Positions 1 to 8,373 of a DNA stretch of 32,000 nt are shown here, piece after piece. Origin of the DNA: an uncultured Chloroflexia bacterium (GTDB lineage Bacteria; Chloroflexota; Ktedonobacteria; Ktedonobacterales; JADMIN01); the NCBI GenBank assembly GCA_963718915.1, contig CAVRAI010000009.1, positions 290,589 to 322,588 of the forward strand, in the 5' to 3' direction. The notes beneath the pieces were generated by a model. The model was given only the letters and a program-made list of their open reading frames with translations, was not told the origin of the DNA and searched no databases. How positions within the stretch are numbered: position 1 is the first letter of the stretch; every line of letters begins with the position of its first letter. The translations under genes were made by a program, and so were the position numbers.

Positions 1-628
1 GTTGACGGTGTCGCCCGCCAGACTGACGCTAAATGACTGCGCCCCACCGTGGACGACGTAGTCCGAGGTAAACAGGCCTGAGGGATACGTCCCGCCGCGC
101 GCGACTACCAGAACCGCTCCGACACATCCCCCCAGCGAGGGATTCCACGCGCCCTGGTGCATCGGCGTGCATTGCATCTGCGCCAGATACTGGCGTTCGC
201 CAGCCGCGTTGAACGCCGTCAGGCCAAAGTGTCCCCCAATCTCCGCGCGCACAATCTGGTAGTCCATCTCAATCGTGTAATTGCGCGTCGTCGGCGCATA
301 GGGGATCTCGACCTCCACCGCCTGGCCGCCGGAGATAGCCAGATGCCCATCGGCAACCTTCACCGTCGCGGGCAAGCGTCCAGCCGTCGGCGCCGTGCGA
401 CCAGTCGGACTGATAGACCACCCGTGGCGCGGGCGTCGCGGTGGCGCTCGGCGTGGCATGTGTCCCGACCGCAACGCCCGCATTCCCGCGCGTTGCCCCC
501 CAGACAACTGCCGCGATAATCGCCACAAGCACCACGACCGCCCCAGCAATCGCCAGTGGACGCCGCCAGCGCGGCAGGGTTGCTTTTCCGGCGCTGGCGG
601 TATCTGGCGGCTGTTGATCAGTCAGCAT
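1..628 (-). pseudogene. Membrane-anchored hypothetical protein (N-terminal TM helix, Thr/Ala/Pro linker, beta-rich C-terminal domain). The 3' end runs off the window and the frame is broken once near 374-376.
   Basis: ATG at 628 with AAGGA upstream; TM segment LAIAGAVVVLVAIIAAVVWG. Track ORF 269..793 stops at 269, but a second minus frame stays open from about 380 to base 1 (hand translation: PATVKVADGHLAISGGQAVEVEIPYAPTTRNYTIEMDYQIVRAEIGGHFGLTAFNAAGERQYLAQMQCTPMHQGAWNPSLGG...). Removing one base at 374-376 joins ...SHGADGWTL|PATVKV... seamlessly. Confidence 0.55.
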
Positions 629-684
629 GTCTCTCGTCCTTGCTCGCTCATGGTCATCCTTGTCGATCACCCGTCGCCCCTGTG

Positions 685-1755
685 CTAGTCTTTCGTCCGT
701 GGATTGAAGGCATCGCCCACTCCGTCGCCTACGAACGAGAAGCACAGCACCAGCGCGGCCAGCACCAGCACCGGCCAGAGCACCTCGGTCCACTGGATGT
801 AGATCTGCCCCGACGCATCCGAGATCATCAGCCCCAGGCTCGATCCCGGCGCCTGCACCCCCAGACCGAGCAGCGAGAGCGTCGCCTCCGCCGTGATGAT
901 GCCCACCATATCCAACGTCGCCGCCGTCAGCACGATGTTGAAGAGATTGGGTACGATGTGGCGCGTGATAACCGCCCGGTCGGTGCCACCGACACTCCGC
1001 GCCGCCTCGACATATTGCTGCCCTTTGAGCGAAAGCGTCTGGCCGCGTACAAAACGCGCCATCTGTGGCCAGATGGTAAAGCCAAGCGCCAGGGCCACCA
1101 GCAGCAAGCGCCCCGATGGGCCGAAACGGTCGATAAACGCCGGGCCGAGCGTCGCCGCCGCCAGGATCGCGAAGAGCAGGATGGGGAACGCGAACATCAG
1201 ATCGGTGAAGCGCGCCAGGAAGGTATCCATCCAGCCGCCGAAGAAGCCCGCAAGCGTCCCAATCACCAGGCCCAGGACAACGTCAAAGGTCACAACCACC
1301 GCCGTGATAACGATCGAGACCTGAACTCCAGCCATCAGGCGGGCCAGAATGTCACGACCGAGCTGGTCCGTGCCCAGCGGATAGGCTGCGCTCGGTGGCT
1401 GATTGAGCTTGGTCAACTCCTGGTGGGTGGGATCGTGGTAAATCTGCGGGCCGATGTGGTCCTGCAACGACGGGCCGCCGATGATGGTCGGGCCGATGTG
1501 CATATAGAGAATCGGGCCGAGAAAGCTGATCCCGACGATGCCCACGATGAGCGCCAGGCTAATCATCGCCCGCTTGTCGCGCATGAAGCGCCGCAGCGAG
1601 GTCACGAATGGCGATCTCGACTTCGCCTCAGGATTGTCCATCATCACCTGCGTGTCGAGCATCGCCTGGGTCGGCGTCGCCGAAGTGTCATAGTATGGGC
1701 CAACGCCGACCTGCGTGCCGACGGCCTGCTTGTCAAAGTCACTGTTGATGGTCAT
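685..1755 (-). CDS. ABC transporter permease, OppC/DppC type (peptide/nickel/oligosaccharide family)
   Basis: 356-aa multi-TM ORF with the typical block LGTDQLGRDILARLMAG and a conserved permease core. It is co-oriented with, and 48 nt downstream of, the other permease; GAAGG lies upstream of ATG 1755. Confidence 0.9.
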   Translation of the reverse strand: MTINSDFDKQAVGTQVGVGPYYDTSATPTQAMLDTQVMMDNPEAKSRSPFVTSLRRFMRDKRAMISLALIVGIVGISFLGPILYMHIGPTIIGGPSLQDHIGPQIYHDPTHQELTKLNQPPSAAYPLGTDQLGRDILARLMAGVQVSIVITAVVVTFDVVLGLVIGTLAGFFGGWMDTFLARFTDLMFAFPILLFAILAAATLGPAFIDRFGPSGRLLLVALALGFTIWPQMARFVRGQTLSLKGQQYVEAARSVGGTDRAVITRHIVPNLFNIVLTAATLDMVGIITAEATLSLLGLGVQAPGSSLGLMISDASGQIYIQWTEVLWPVLVLAALVLCFSFVGDGVGDAFNPRTKD

Positions 1756-1803
1756 AAATCACCAGCCTTCTCGTGCGTATCTCGCATCTCACTCCCGCTC
1801 CCA

Positions 1804-2823
1804 CTATTCGGTCTTGATGCGTGGGTCGGCGAAACCATAGGCTATATCCGTCACCAGATTCATCAGGACGATGGCGACCGCCAGTATGATCACCGTCCCC
1901 TGCACAACGGGGAAGTCGCGCTGGGTAATCGCCGAAATCGTTTCCGCGCCGATGCCGGGGATATTGAACAGCAACTCGACCACAAACACCCCCACCACGG
2001 CGAAGGCCAGCGCTGGGCCGACAGCGGTGAGCAGTGGGATCAGCGCGTTGCGAAAGGCATGGCGCCAGACGACCATGCGCTCGTGGATGCCCTTGGCGCG
2101 CGCCGTACGCACATAGTCCTGCCCCAGCACTTCGAGCATGCTCGAACGGGTGAGACGCACGTAGAAGGCGAAGATACTCAGGCTGAAGATGATGATGGGG
2201 GCGATCATCGTATCGAGCGTTCCCCAGCCAGAGACCGCCAGCGATGGCAGCCCCTGTGAATGCAGCCAGACCATCACGAGGTCAAAGATCGGGATGATAA
2301 CGAAGGCTGGCAACGCAAACAGTACCAGCGCGACCCCCTGCACCGTGCTGTCGACGCGGGTCCGCGCCCGCACCGCCGCGACGACCCCTAATGGCACACC
2401 CACCACCACCGCGAGGACAACGCCCCCGATACCCAGCACTGCCGACGCGGGAACGTAGCGCGCCAGGATCGACCAGACGGTATCCGCGTCACTGATATAG
2501 GAGTAGCCCAGGTCTAAATGCAGCAGACGCCCCAGGAAGTTGAGATACTGCTGATACCAGGGCAGGTCCAGCCCATAGAAGTGGGTCAGTTGATCGTAGG
2601 TCTCTTTGCTATAGTGTTGTCCCAGTTGCGAATAGACCGCATTGCCGGGAGCAAAATAGCCCATGATGAACGTGATGAACGTCACCCCAATGATCACAAA
2701 CACCAGCCCGACCAGGCGGCGTATCACGAAGCGAATCCCCAGCCGCAGAGCAGCGAACACCAGGAGCGCCAGCACTGCGAGACCAAGGATTATTGGGGCC
2801 GCACTCGAAAGCAAATTATCCAT
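1804..2823 (-). CDS. ABC transporter permease, OppB/DppB type, with an extra N-terminal hydrophobic segment
   Basis: 339-aa multi-TM ORF; IRFVIRRLVGLVFVIIGVTFITF and YVRTARAKG are typical of this family. GGGGAG lies 9-10 nt upstream of ATG 2823. No ATG/GTG/TTG sits nearer the conserved IRRL block. Confidence 0.9.
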   Translation of the reverse strand: MDNLLSSAAPIILGLAVLALLVFAALRLGIRFVIRRLVGLVFVIIGVTFITFIMGYFAPGNAVYSQLGQHYSKETYDQLTHFYGLDLPWYQQYLNFLGRLLHLDLGYSYISDADTVWSILARYVPASAVLGIGGVVLAVVVGVPLGVVAAVRARTRVDSTVQGVALVLFALPAFVIIPIFDLVMVWLHSQGLPSLAVSGWGTLDTMIAPIIIFSLSIFAFYVRLTRSSMLEVLGQDYVRTARAKGIHERMVVWRHAFRNALIPLLTAVGPALAFAVVGVFVVELLFNIPGIGAETISAITQRDFPVVQGTVIILAVAIVLMNLVTDIAYGFADPRIKTE

Positions 2824-2952
2824 AAACTCATCTCCCCTGGCGACTTTCGCATGGAATGGTTCAGCGTTGTGCGAGAGGTTTTGCTATGCGCGGGAGCGGA
2901 ACAGATGGCAAGGCTGATACGCCCAATCTGGCCGCGCGCCATCGTGAGCGAA

Positions 2953-2990
2953 GGAGAAGGCAGAGCCACACACGCAGCCCTGCTTTCTCC
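2953..2990 (-). promoter_or_regulatory. Intercistronic stem-loop between the SBP and first permease genes
   Basis: ggagaaggcagagc (2953-2966) pairs with gccctgctttctcc (2977-2990) at 12 of 14 positions, with a 10-nt loop. It lies inside the 211-nt SBP-permease spacer, where ABC operons often carry mRNA-stabilising hairpins. Confidence 0.3.
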
Positions 2991-3019
2991 TCCCACCACA
3001 CGTTCAGACAAGCGCCTGG

Positions 3020-3043
3020 GCGCTAGCCTTTGCGCTAGCCTTT
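3020..3043. repeat. Perfect 12-bp tandem duplication (gcgctagccttt x2) spanning the SBP stop codon
   Basis: Read directly: 3020-3031 is identical to 3032-3043. On the minus strand this is AAAGGCTAGCGC twice, so the terminal K-G-stop is repeated in frame. Confidence 0.9.
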
Positions 3044-4768
3044 CATGTAGACATTGCTCTGCCAGTCGACGAGCGATGTGTAGCCAGAGGTCGTCTGGCG
3101 ATAGCCCGCGATCTTGCTGCTGTCGAAGAGCCAGACCGCGATCTGCTGGTTTGTTGAGATCCAGCCAACCTGATCGACCATCATCTGCTCGGCCTGGTTG
3201 TACAGTTGGAAGCGCTTTGCCGAATCCTGCTCAACATCGGCCTGGTTCATCAGGTCGTTGGCTGGCGCATAGTCGATGTTCTGCACGTTCACCGACGAGC
3301 CAGGCAGGAATTGCAGCGAGAGCCAGTCCTGTGGGTCCGGATAGTCCACGATCCAGGCGATGCCGAAGATCTGCGGCGCGCTGCCGGAGTAGACGTCGTT
3401 GATGAGCGTCCCGAAGTCCACATTGCTGATCTGCACCGGATAGCCAGGCAGAGCCGTCTTCCACATCTGGAGCAGCGCCTGCGAGCCAGCGATGTTGCTC
3501 GGTGTGTTGCTCGTCTCATACGTCACCTTGGGGCAGTTGGCAATGACTCCGCCGCACTTGCGGTTAGCGTAGTCGGTAATCAACTGCTTCGCCATCGCAT
3601 CATCGGCCTTGTTGGCAGCGGTACCCGTCTTCCCATCAATGTTCTTGAGGTTTTCGTTGTAGCCTGGCTGCCCCTTCGGCACGATATGGTAGGTCGGCGT
3701 TCCAGCGCCATTGGCTACGGCGTTCAAGGCGTCGCGGTCGACGGCCAGCGCGAATGCCTGGCGGGCCGCCACGTCATCGAAGGGGGCTTTCGCCCAGTTC
3801 GGAGCGATGTAGCTGATGGCCAGGTTATCGTTCTGATGGAAGTCACTGCGCGTCTTCATCTGCGGGTAGGTCGCCGTGGGCGGCAGGCCAGCGATACCTA
3901 CATCAACCTGCCCGTTCAGGTAGGAGTTGTAGGAGGTGTCGGCGTCTTTGTAGATCTTGAAGTTGATCTGGCGCAGCTTCGGCTTGGTTCCCCAGAAGTT
4001 GTCGTTGCGCGTCAACTGCAGATTGCCCTTGTGATCCCACACGGTGACTTTGAACAGGTTGCCACCAAAGCCGCCATTATCGGTCAGGTGGTCGGTCCAG
4101 CTCTTGATGCCGTACTTCTCAATCAACTGCTTTGGCGAGGCCAGGACGATAGAAACGGCAGCCACAGTTGGAATGAAGAAGGCATACGGCTTCTCGAGCG
4201 TGACGGTCAGCGTCTGCGGGTCGGTCACCACGATTGACTTGCCAATGAGGGTATCGTTCGAGACCGGGTTCGCGGCGTTGGCGTCAGGGCAGGCGCTTTG
4301 ATTGAAGGCCGCTGCGCCCTTGATTGGGTACAGATACGAGGCAGCGCCCGAATTGGTGCAGGGATCGAGGCCGCGGTTCCACGAGTACGCGAAGGTGTTG
4401 GCGTCGATCGGAGTACCATCAGACCACTTCAGGCCAGACCGGATCTTGAATGTGTAGGTCAGGCCACCATCACTGACGGTAGGCATCCCATCGGCTGCCC
4501 ATGGAATGACTTTGTAGTCGTTGTCATACGTATACAACCCTGGGAAGACCGGCTGGGCCGCCGAGAATGAATACAGGTCAGTGATCCGCTGCGGATCCAT
4601 CCGGCTAATGTCGTTAGCCGCTGGCACTAGGCTGACACTGATCACCTGTTTGCTGTCGGGGGCCACGCCGCCAGCGCTGCCGCTGGTGCCGCCACAGGCG
4701 GTTAGCACCATGACTGCCATGGATGCCATGGTCAGCAGTGTAAACACGATTGCTTTACGTGAGCGCAT
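3035..4768 (-). CDS. ABC transporter substrate-binding lipoprotein, family 5 (peptide/nickel/oligosaccharide)
   Basis: Start moved to ATG 4768 because of a strong AGGAG 9 nt upstream. Lipoprotein signal MRSRKAIVFTLLTMASMAVMVLTAC|GG. Length (577 aa) and sequence style fit SBP_bac_5, and two cognate permease genes lie downstream. Confidence 0.9.
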   Translation of the reverse strand: MRSRKAIVFTLLTMASMAVMVLTACGGTSGSAGGVAPDSKQVISVSLVPAANDISRMDPQRITDLYSFSAAQPVFPGLYTYDNDYKVIPWAADGMPTVSDGGLTYTFKIRSGLKWSDGTPIDANTFAYSWNRGLDPCTNSGAASYLYPIKGAAAFNQSACPDANAANPVSNDTLIGKSIVVTDPQTLTVTLEKPYAFFIPTVAAVSIVLASPKQLIEKYGIKSWTDHLTDNGGFGGNLFKVTVWDHKGNLQLTRNDNFWGTKPKLRQINFKIYKDADTSYNSYLNGQVDVGIAGLPPTATYPQMKTRSDFHQNDNLAISYIAPNWAKAPFDDVAARQAFALAVDRDALNAVANGAGTPTYHIVPKGQPGYNENLKNIDGKTGTAANKADDAMAKQLITDYANRKCGGVIANCPKVTYETSNTPSNIAGSQALLQMWKTALPGYPVQISNVDFGTLINDVYSGSAPQIFGIAWIVDYPDPQDWLSLQFLPGSSVNVQNIDYAPANDLMNQADVEQDSAKRFQLYNQAEQMMVDQVGWISTNQQIAVWLFDSSKIAGYRQTTSGYTSLVDWQSNVYMKG

Positions 4769-4842
4769 ATCCTGCTTTCTCCTAAGAACTGCGGACGATG
4801 CTTGCCTTTGCATGCAGTGTGGCAATCAGCAACAACTACGGC

Positions 4843-4871
4843 ATCATACGTGCTGCCATCTCGCCTGTGAG
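4843..4871 (-). promoter_or_regulatory. Candidate sigma70-type promoter of the ABC operon
   Basis: Minus strand reads CTCACA (4866-4871), a 17-nt spacer, then TATGAT (4843-4848). This sits about 70 nt upstream of ATG 4768. Confidence 0.3.
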
Positions 4872-4941
4872 CGCAGAAATACAGCGGATTCGCGCAGAGA
4901 TCCGACGTATTTGCGCAGAGTTGGAGAGGACGGCGCGCAGA
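4871..4941. promoter_or_regulatory. Four direct copies of GCGCAGA phased at 21/21/22 bp (candidate activator or repressor sites)
   Basis: Copies at 4871-4877, 4892-4898, 4913-4919 and 4935-4941. Copies 2 and 3 share a longer context (cgNatt[c/t]gcgcagag). The array abuts the candidate -35. Confidence 0.4.
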
Positions 4942-4963
4942 CTCATGATCCTTCAGTCTGCGC
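4935..4963 (-). terminator. Hairpin 21 nt downstream of the antiporter stop codon
   Basis: gcgcagact (4935-4943) and agtctgcgc (4955-4963) form a perfect 9-bp stem with an 11-nt loop. No clear U-tract follows, so the terminator call is tentative. Confidence 0.35.
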
Positions 4964-4983
4964 CCAGTGGCCCGTGACGCCGA

Positions 4984-7071
4984 TTAGTGGAAATCTTGAG
5001 GGTCTGGCTCAGCAATACTCTCAGGTTCTAGCGGTTTTACACGCCGGTTGAGCACTTCATCCAACGCGATCGACGAGGAAAGCGAACCGCCAGCGATGCC
5101 ATCTGAGCCATCGGATGCGCCACTTTCGCCGATAACACTCACCAGATCGTTTGCCTGCAGGCGGAAACCGGGTTCAGGATGCGCGATGAGCTGGCCATCG
5201 CGCAGCACCGCGATGATGCGGCTCCGGCGGTTCGTCTGCAAACGCACCTCCGACAGCGGCTGATCGATGAGCGTGCTGCCCTCACTGATACAGAACCAGG
5301 CGATGCCAAGCGCGCGACTGGCATTCAGGAGATGATCGAGGGCGCCCCGCTCGTCCGGCGTCGAAACAGTGATATCGTAGCGGTCGCGGCGCACTGCCTC
5401 CGCATAGTCTTCCACGTCGGCGAATGGGAAACCGAGGCGCATGAGGGTATGGCGCATAATTTCGAGTCCGCCCTCCAGTTCCGGCAGGATGACATCCTGC
5501 GCGCCCAGACGTTGTAACCGTTCGACGCCATCCTGTGTTGCCGCGCGCGCAATGATGGGGAGCTGTGGCGTTTGATGCCGCCCCGCGGCGACCACCACCT
5601 CACAGGCCGCCTCGTCTGGCAGGGTCACGACGAGCGCCCGCGCCCGGCTCAATCCCGCATGATCGAGCACCTCCGAGTCGGCGGCGTCGCCATAGAGCGT
5701 TGGCACTCCCTGCTGATCGAGTTCGACGGCCCGGCCAATATCCAGCTCCACCACCAGACGCGGTATCCCCAAACGACCCAGCACGGTGACGATATGCTCG
5801 CCAACGCGCCCGTATCCGACGACGACCACATGCCCGCTCATCTCCTCGGTGGCGGGCTGTGGTGGCGTGCCATGCCGATCCAGGCGACGCCAGAGTCCCG
5901 GCGCGCGGCGCAGCAGCGACTCGGTGGGCGCAATGAGCCGGAACATAAAGGGGTTGACCAGAATCGAGAGAATCGCGACGGCCAGCACCATGGAATACTG
6001 TTGCGATGTGAAAACGCCGACCAGGATGGCCGATTGCGCCAGCAGGAACGAGAACTCGCCGATCTGGTTCCGTCCCGCCGCGACGACCAGTATGGTCTTG
6101 GCCGGGGTGGGCAACGCGAAGCCGGAAAGTAGGGTCAGCACGGCCTTGCCAACCACAACGACGGCCGTGAACGCCAGAATCTCCGCGATGTTCCCTGGCA
6201 GGTTGCGCGGGTTGACGAGCATGCCGATAGAGACGAAGAAGAGCACCGTGAATGTTTCGCGGAAAGGCAACACCTCCGCGCTCACCTGGTGCCTGGTTGA
6301 CGATTCGCTGACGACGACCCCGGCGAGGAATGCTCCCAGCGCCAGCGAAACGCCGAAGAATTCCGCCGCGGCGACGGCCGTGCCGACGGTAATCACTACA
6401 ACTGTGATAATGAATAGCTCGCGCGAGCGCATGTGCGCAATCCGCAGCAGCAACCAGGGCACGAAGCGCGTCCCAACGATCAGCATGAGCGCCGCGAAGA
6501 TTGCCGCTTTCAGCAGCGCCAGCCCCACCGATTGCCAGATAGGCGCCCCGGTCTTCTCGGTGAATGCGGGCAACAGCACGAGGATGAGAACGGTTGCCAG
6601 ATCTTCGACGACCAGCCAGCCAACGGCGACTCGCCCATGTGAAGTATTGAGCAGGCCATTATCCATCAAGTAGCGCAAGAGGACGACTGTGCTGGAAATC
6701 GAGAGCGCCACGCCAAGTACAAGCCCGGATGCCGTCGACATGCCCCACCAGCTTGCCAGCCCAAACCCGATTGCGGTGATGAGGATCATCTGCGCCAGCG
6801 CGCCGGGGATGGCGACCGCGCGGACCGCCCAGAGGTCGCGCAGCGAGAAATGCAGGCCAACGCCGAACATCAGAAAGATGACGCCGAGTTCCGCCAACTC
6901 GCTAATTGTCTCGGTATCGCCGACAAAGCCCGGCGTGAACGGCCCAATGATGATTCCGGCGACTAGAAAACCGACGAGCGTTGGCAGCCCGATTCGGCGC
7001 GCCAGCAAACCTCCAAGCAGGGCGGCCGTCAGCGCGACAGCCACATTGATCAGCAGTGCGATATCGTGCAT
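4984..7071 (-). CDS. CPA2-family monovalent cation:proton antiporter (KefB/KefC-like) with C-terminal RCK (TrkA-N plus TrkA-C) domains
   Basis: About 12 TM segments, then HVVVVGYGRVGEHIV (GxGxxG Rossmann, TrkA-N) and a TrkA-C-like end (IIAVLRDGQLIAHPEPGFRLQANDLVSVIGE). Start set at ATG 7071 with GAGGTGA 5 nt upstream; the track ORF start at 7149 lacks an RBS. Confidence 0.9.
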   Translation of the reverse strand: MHDIALLINVAVALTAALLGGLLARRIGLPTLVGFLVAGIIIGPFTPGFVGDTETISELAELGVIFLMFGVGLHFSLRDLWAVRAVAIPGALAQMILITAIGFGLASWWGMSTASGLVLGVALSISSTVVLLRYLMDNGLLNTSHGRVAVGWLVVEDLATVLILVLLPAFTEKTGAPIWQSVGLALLKAAIFAALMLIVGTRFVPWLLLRIAHMRSRELFIITVVVITVGTAVAAAEFFGVSLALGAFLAGVVVSESSTRHQVSAEVLPFRETFTVLFFVSIGMLVNPRNLPGNIAEILAFTAVVVVGKAVLTLLSGFALPTPAKTILVVAAGRNQIGEFSFLLAQSAILVGVFTSQQYSMVLAVAILSILVNPFMFRLIAPTESLLRRAPGLWRRLDRHGTPPQPATEEMSGHVVVVGYGRVGEHIVTVLGRLGIPRLVVELDIGRAVELDQQGVPTLYGDAADSEVLDHAGLSRARALVVTLPDEAACEVVVAAGRHQTPQLPIIARAATQDGVERLQRLGAQDVILPELEGGLEIMRHTLMRLGFPFADVEDYAEAVRRDRYDITVSTPDERGALDHLLNASRALGIAWFCISEGSTLIDQPLSEVRLQTNRRSRIIAVLRDGQLIAHPEPGFRLQANDLVSVIGESGASDGSDGIAGGSLSSSIALDEVLNRRVKPLEPESIAEPDPQDFH

Positions 7072-7181
7072 GTGGATCACCTCGCCACCAGCATACAATA
7101 CCACCCACGCATTAATACACCGCGAAATGGCTGAATCGAAGCGCGACATCTCGCTGTTTCATTGATGGGCATGGCATATGT

Positions 7182-7679
7182 ATGGCAGTGCGAGAAAGTG
7201 ACTGGCAAACGATGAATCGAGAGCAACTCCTTGCCCGGCTGGATAAAGCATGGTCCGCGTTTGGGGAATCATACGCCGGGCTGCCAGAGGCGGCGATGAC
7301 TGCGCCGGGCGTCGCGGGCGACTGGTCGGTGAAAGACGTTCTGGCGCATGTCGCCACCTGGGAGGAGGAGGCGCTGAAGTATCTGCCGCTGATTCTCTCG
7401 GAAGGCAGGCCGCCGCGCTACGCCAGCTACGGTGGCATAGATGCGTTCAACGCGCGGATGACGGAGGCGAAACGCCGTCTCTCGCTCGCCGATATCCAGC
7501 GGCGCCTGGAGGAGACGCACCGCGAACTCATCGCGTATCTTCGGCGCGTGCCTGAAGAGCAGTTCGCGACGGAGACGCGCTTCCGCCACCGCCTGCGGCT
7601 CGATACGTACAGCCACTACCCGCTGCACACCAGCATGATCCGCGCATGGCGCGAGCAGACAAACACCGTGCAGCTTTAG
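7182..7679 (+). CDS. DinB/ClbS-like four-helix-bundle protein
   Basis: 165-aa ORF. The pattern ...LLARLDKAWSAFGESYAGLPE...WSVKDVLAHVATWEEE...YSHYPLH resembles the DinB_2/ClbS (DUF1706) family. ATG 7212 (MNREQLL...) is an equally plausible start; neither has a strong RBS. Confidence 0.7.
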   Translation: MAVRESDWQTMNREQLLARLDKAWSAFGESYAGLPEAAMTAPGVAGDWSVKDVLAHVATWEEEALKYLPLILSEGRPPRYASYGGIDAFNARMTEAKRRLSLADIQRRLEETHRELIAYLRRVPEEQFATETRFRHRLRLDTYSHYPLHTSMIRAWREQTNTVQL

Positions 7680-7713
7680 CGCATACGCCTGGAAAGTGTG
7701 CCACGAACAGGTC

Positions 7714-8373
7714 TTAACCTTCTGTGCCAGTCTGTCCCGTCCGGCGCTGATATGCTGTGGTTCCCGCCGCGATGTAGGCGCGTAGCATCCGCTTCAACTC
7801 CGTGACGGCCTCCGGGCACACCTGCCCCTCGGCGGTGGTCATCAGCGGCATCAGCGCACGAACCGTCTCGACAATCATCCGCACCGACAACTCACGGCGC
7901 TCCGCGGTTAGCCCGGGCATACGCCGCGCGATTCGCGCATCCAGCCGCCGCACAATCTCCTCCACGAGCGGTTGTCCAGCCTGCGCGCCATCACCCGTTC
8001 GCGGCAGCGCCACGAACAGCGCGAGCATACGGTAGCCACGCGCATAGAGCGCAATGAGCGGATCGAGCAGGCGATCCAGCAACTCGGCGGGCGATAGTTC
8101 ATCCCGTGGGTCGCTGGCGAACACCCCTTCCAGCACCTCACGCATCTGCTCCTGCGAGCGCGCGACGAGTGCCCGCAAGATGGCCTCTTTATTGGGGAAG
8201 AACTGGTAGAGCGAGCCGATGGAGGTGTGGGCCTCCGCCGCGATCTGGTTGGTGCTGGTGGCCTCGTAGCCCGTCACGGCGAAGAGACGCTCCGCCGCGT
8301 CGAGGATCGCCTCGATACGGCGCTGACCGCGCAGTTGCCGCGGGCGTCTGCGTAGTGGGACGTCGGGAATCAT
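7714..8373 (-). CDS. TetR/AcrR-family transcriptional regulator
   Basis: HTH block RRIEAILDAAERLFAVTGYEATSTNQIAAEAHTSIGSLYQFFPNKEAIL. ATG 8371-8373 overlaps the P450 stop (GTGTGATG). The 110-aa N-terminal extension in the track ORF is Arg/Ala-rich and lies inside the P450 gene. Confidence 0.9.
   Translation of the reverse strand: MIPDVPLRRRPRQLRGQRRIEAILDAAERLFAVTGYEATSTNQIAAEAHTSIGSLYQFFPNKEAILRALVARSQEQMREVLEGVFASDPRDELSPAELLDRLLDPLIALYARGYRMLALFVALPRTGDGAQAGQPLVEEIVRRLDARIARRMPGLTAERRELSVRMIVETVRALMPLMTTAEGQVCPEAVTELKRMLRAYIAAGTTAYQRRTGQTGTEG

Noticed and set aside
556-2259. 567-aa plus-strand ORF covering both permease genes
   Set aside because: It is antisense to two well-supported ABC permease genes. 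Its product is Arg/His/Asp/Gln-rich low complexity with no recognisable domain and no RBS. This is a typical shadow ORF in GC-rich DNA.
3206-4237. 343-aa plus-strand ORF opposite the SBP gene. Similar long antisense ORFs occur at 5786-6673, 13952-14695, 18111-18965, 26687-27550 and 27249-28100.
   Set aside because: All lie opposite genes with strong family signatures, lack Shine-Dalgarno sites and encode Arg/Pro/Ala-rich low-complexity sequence.
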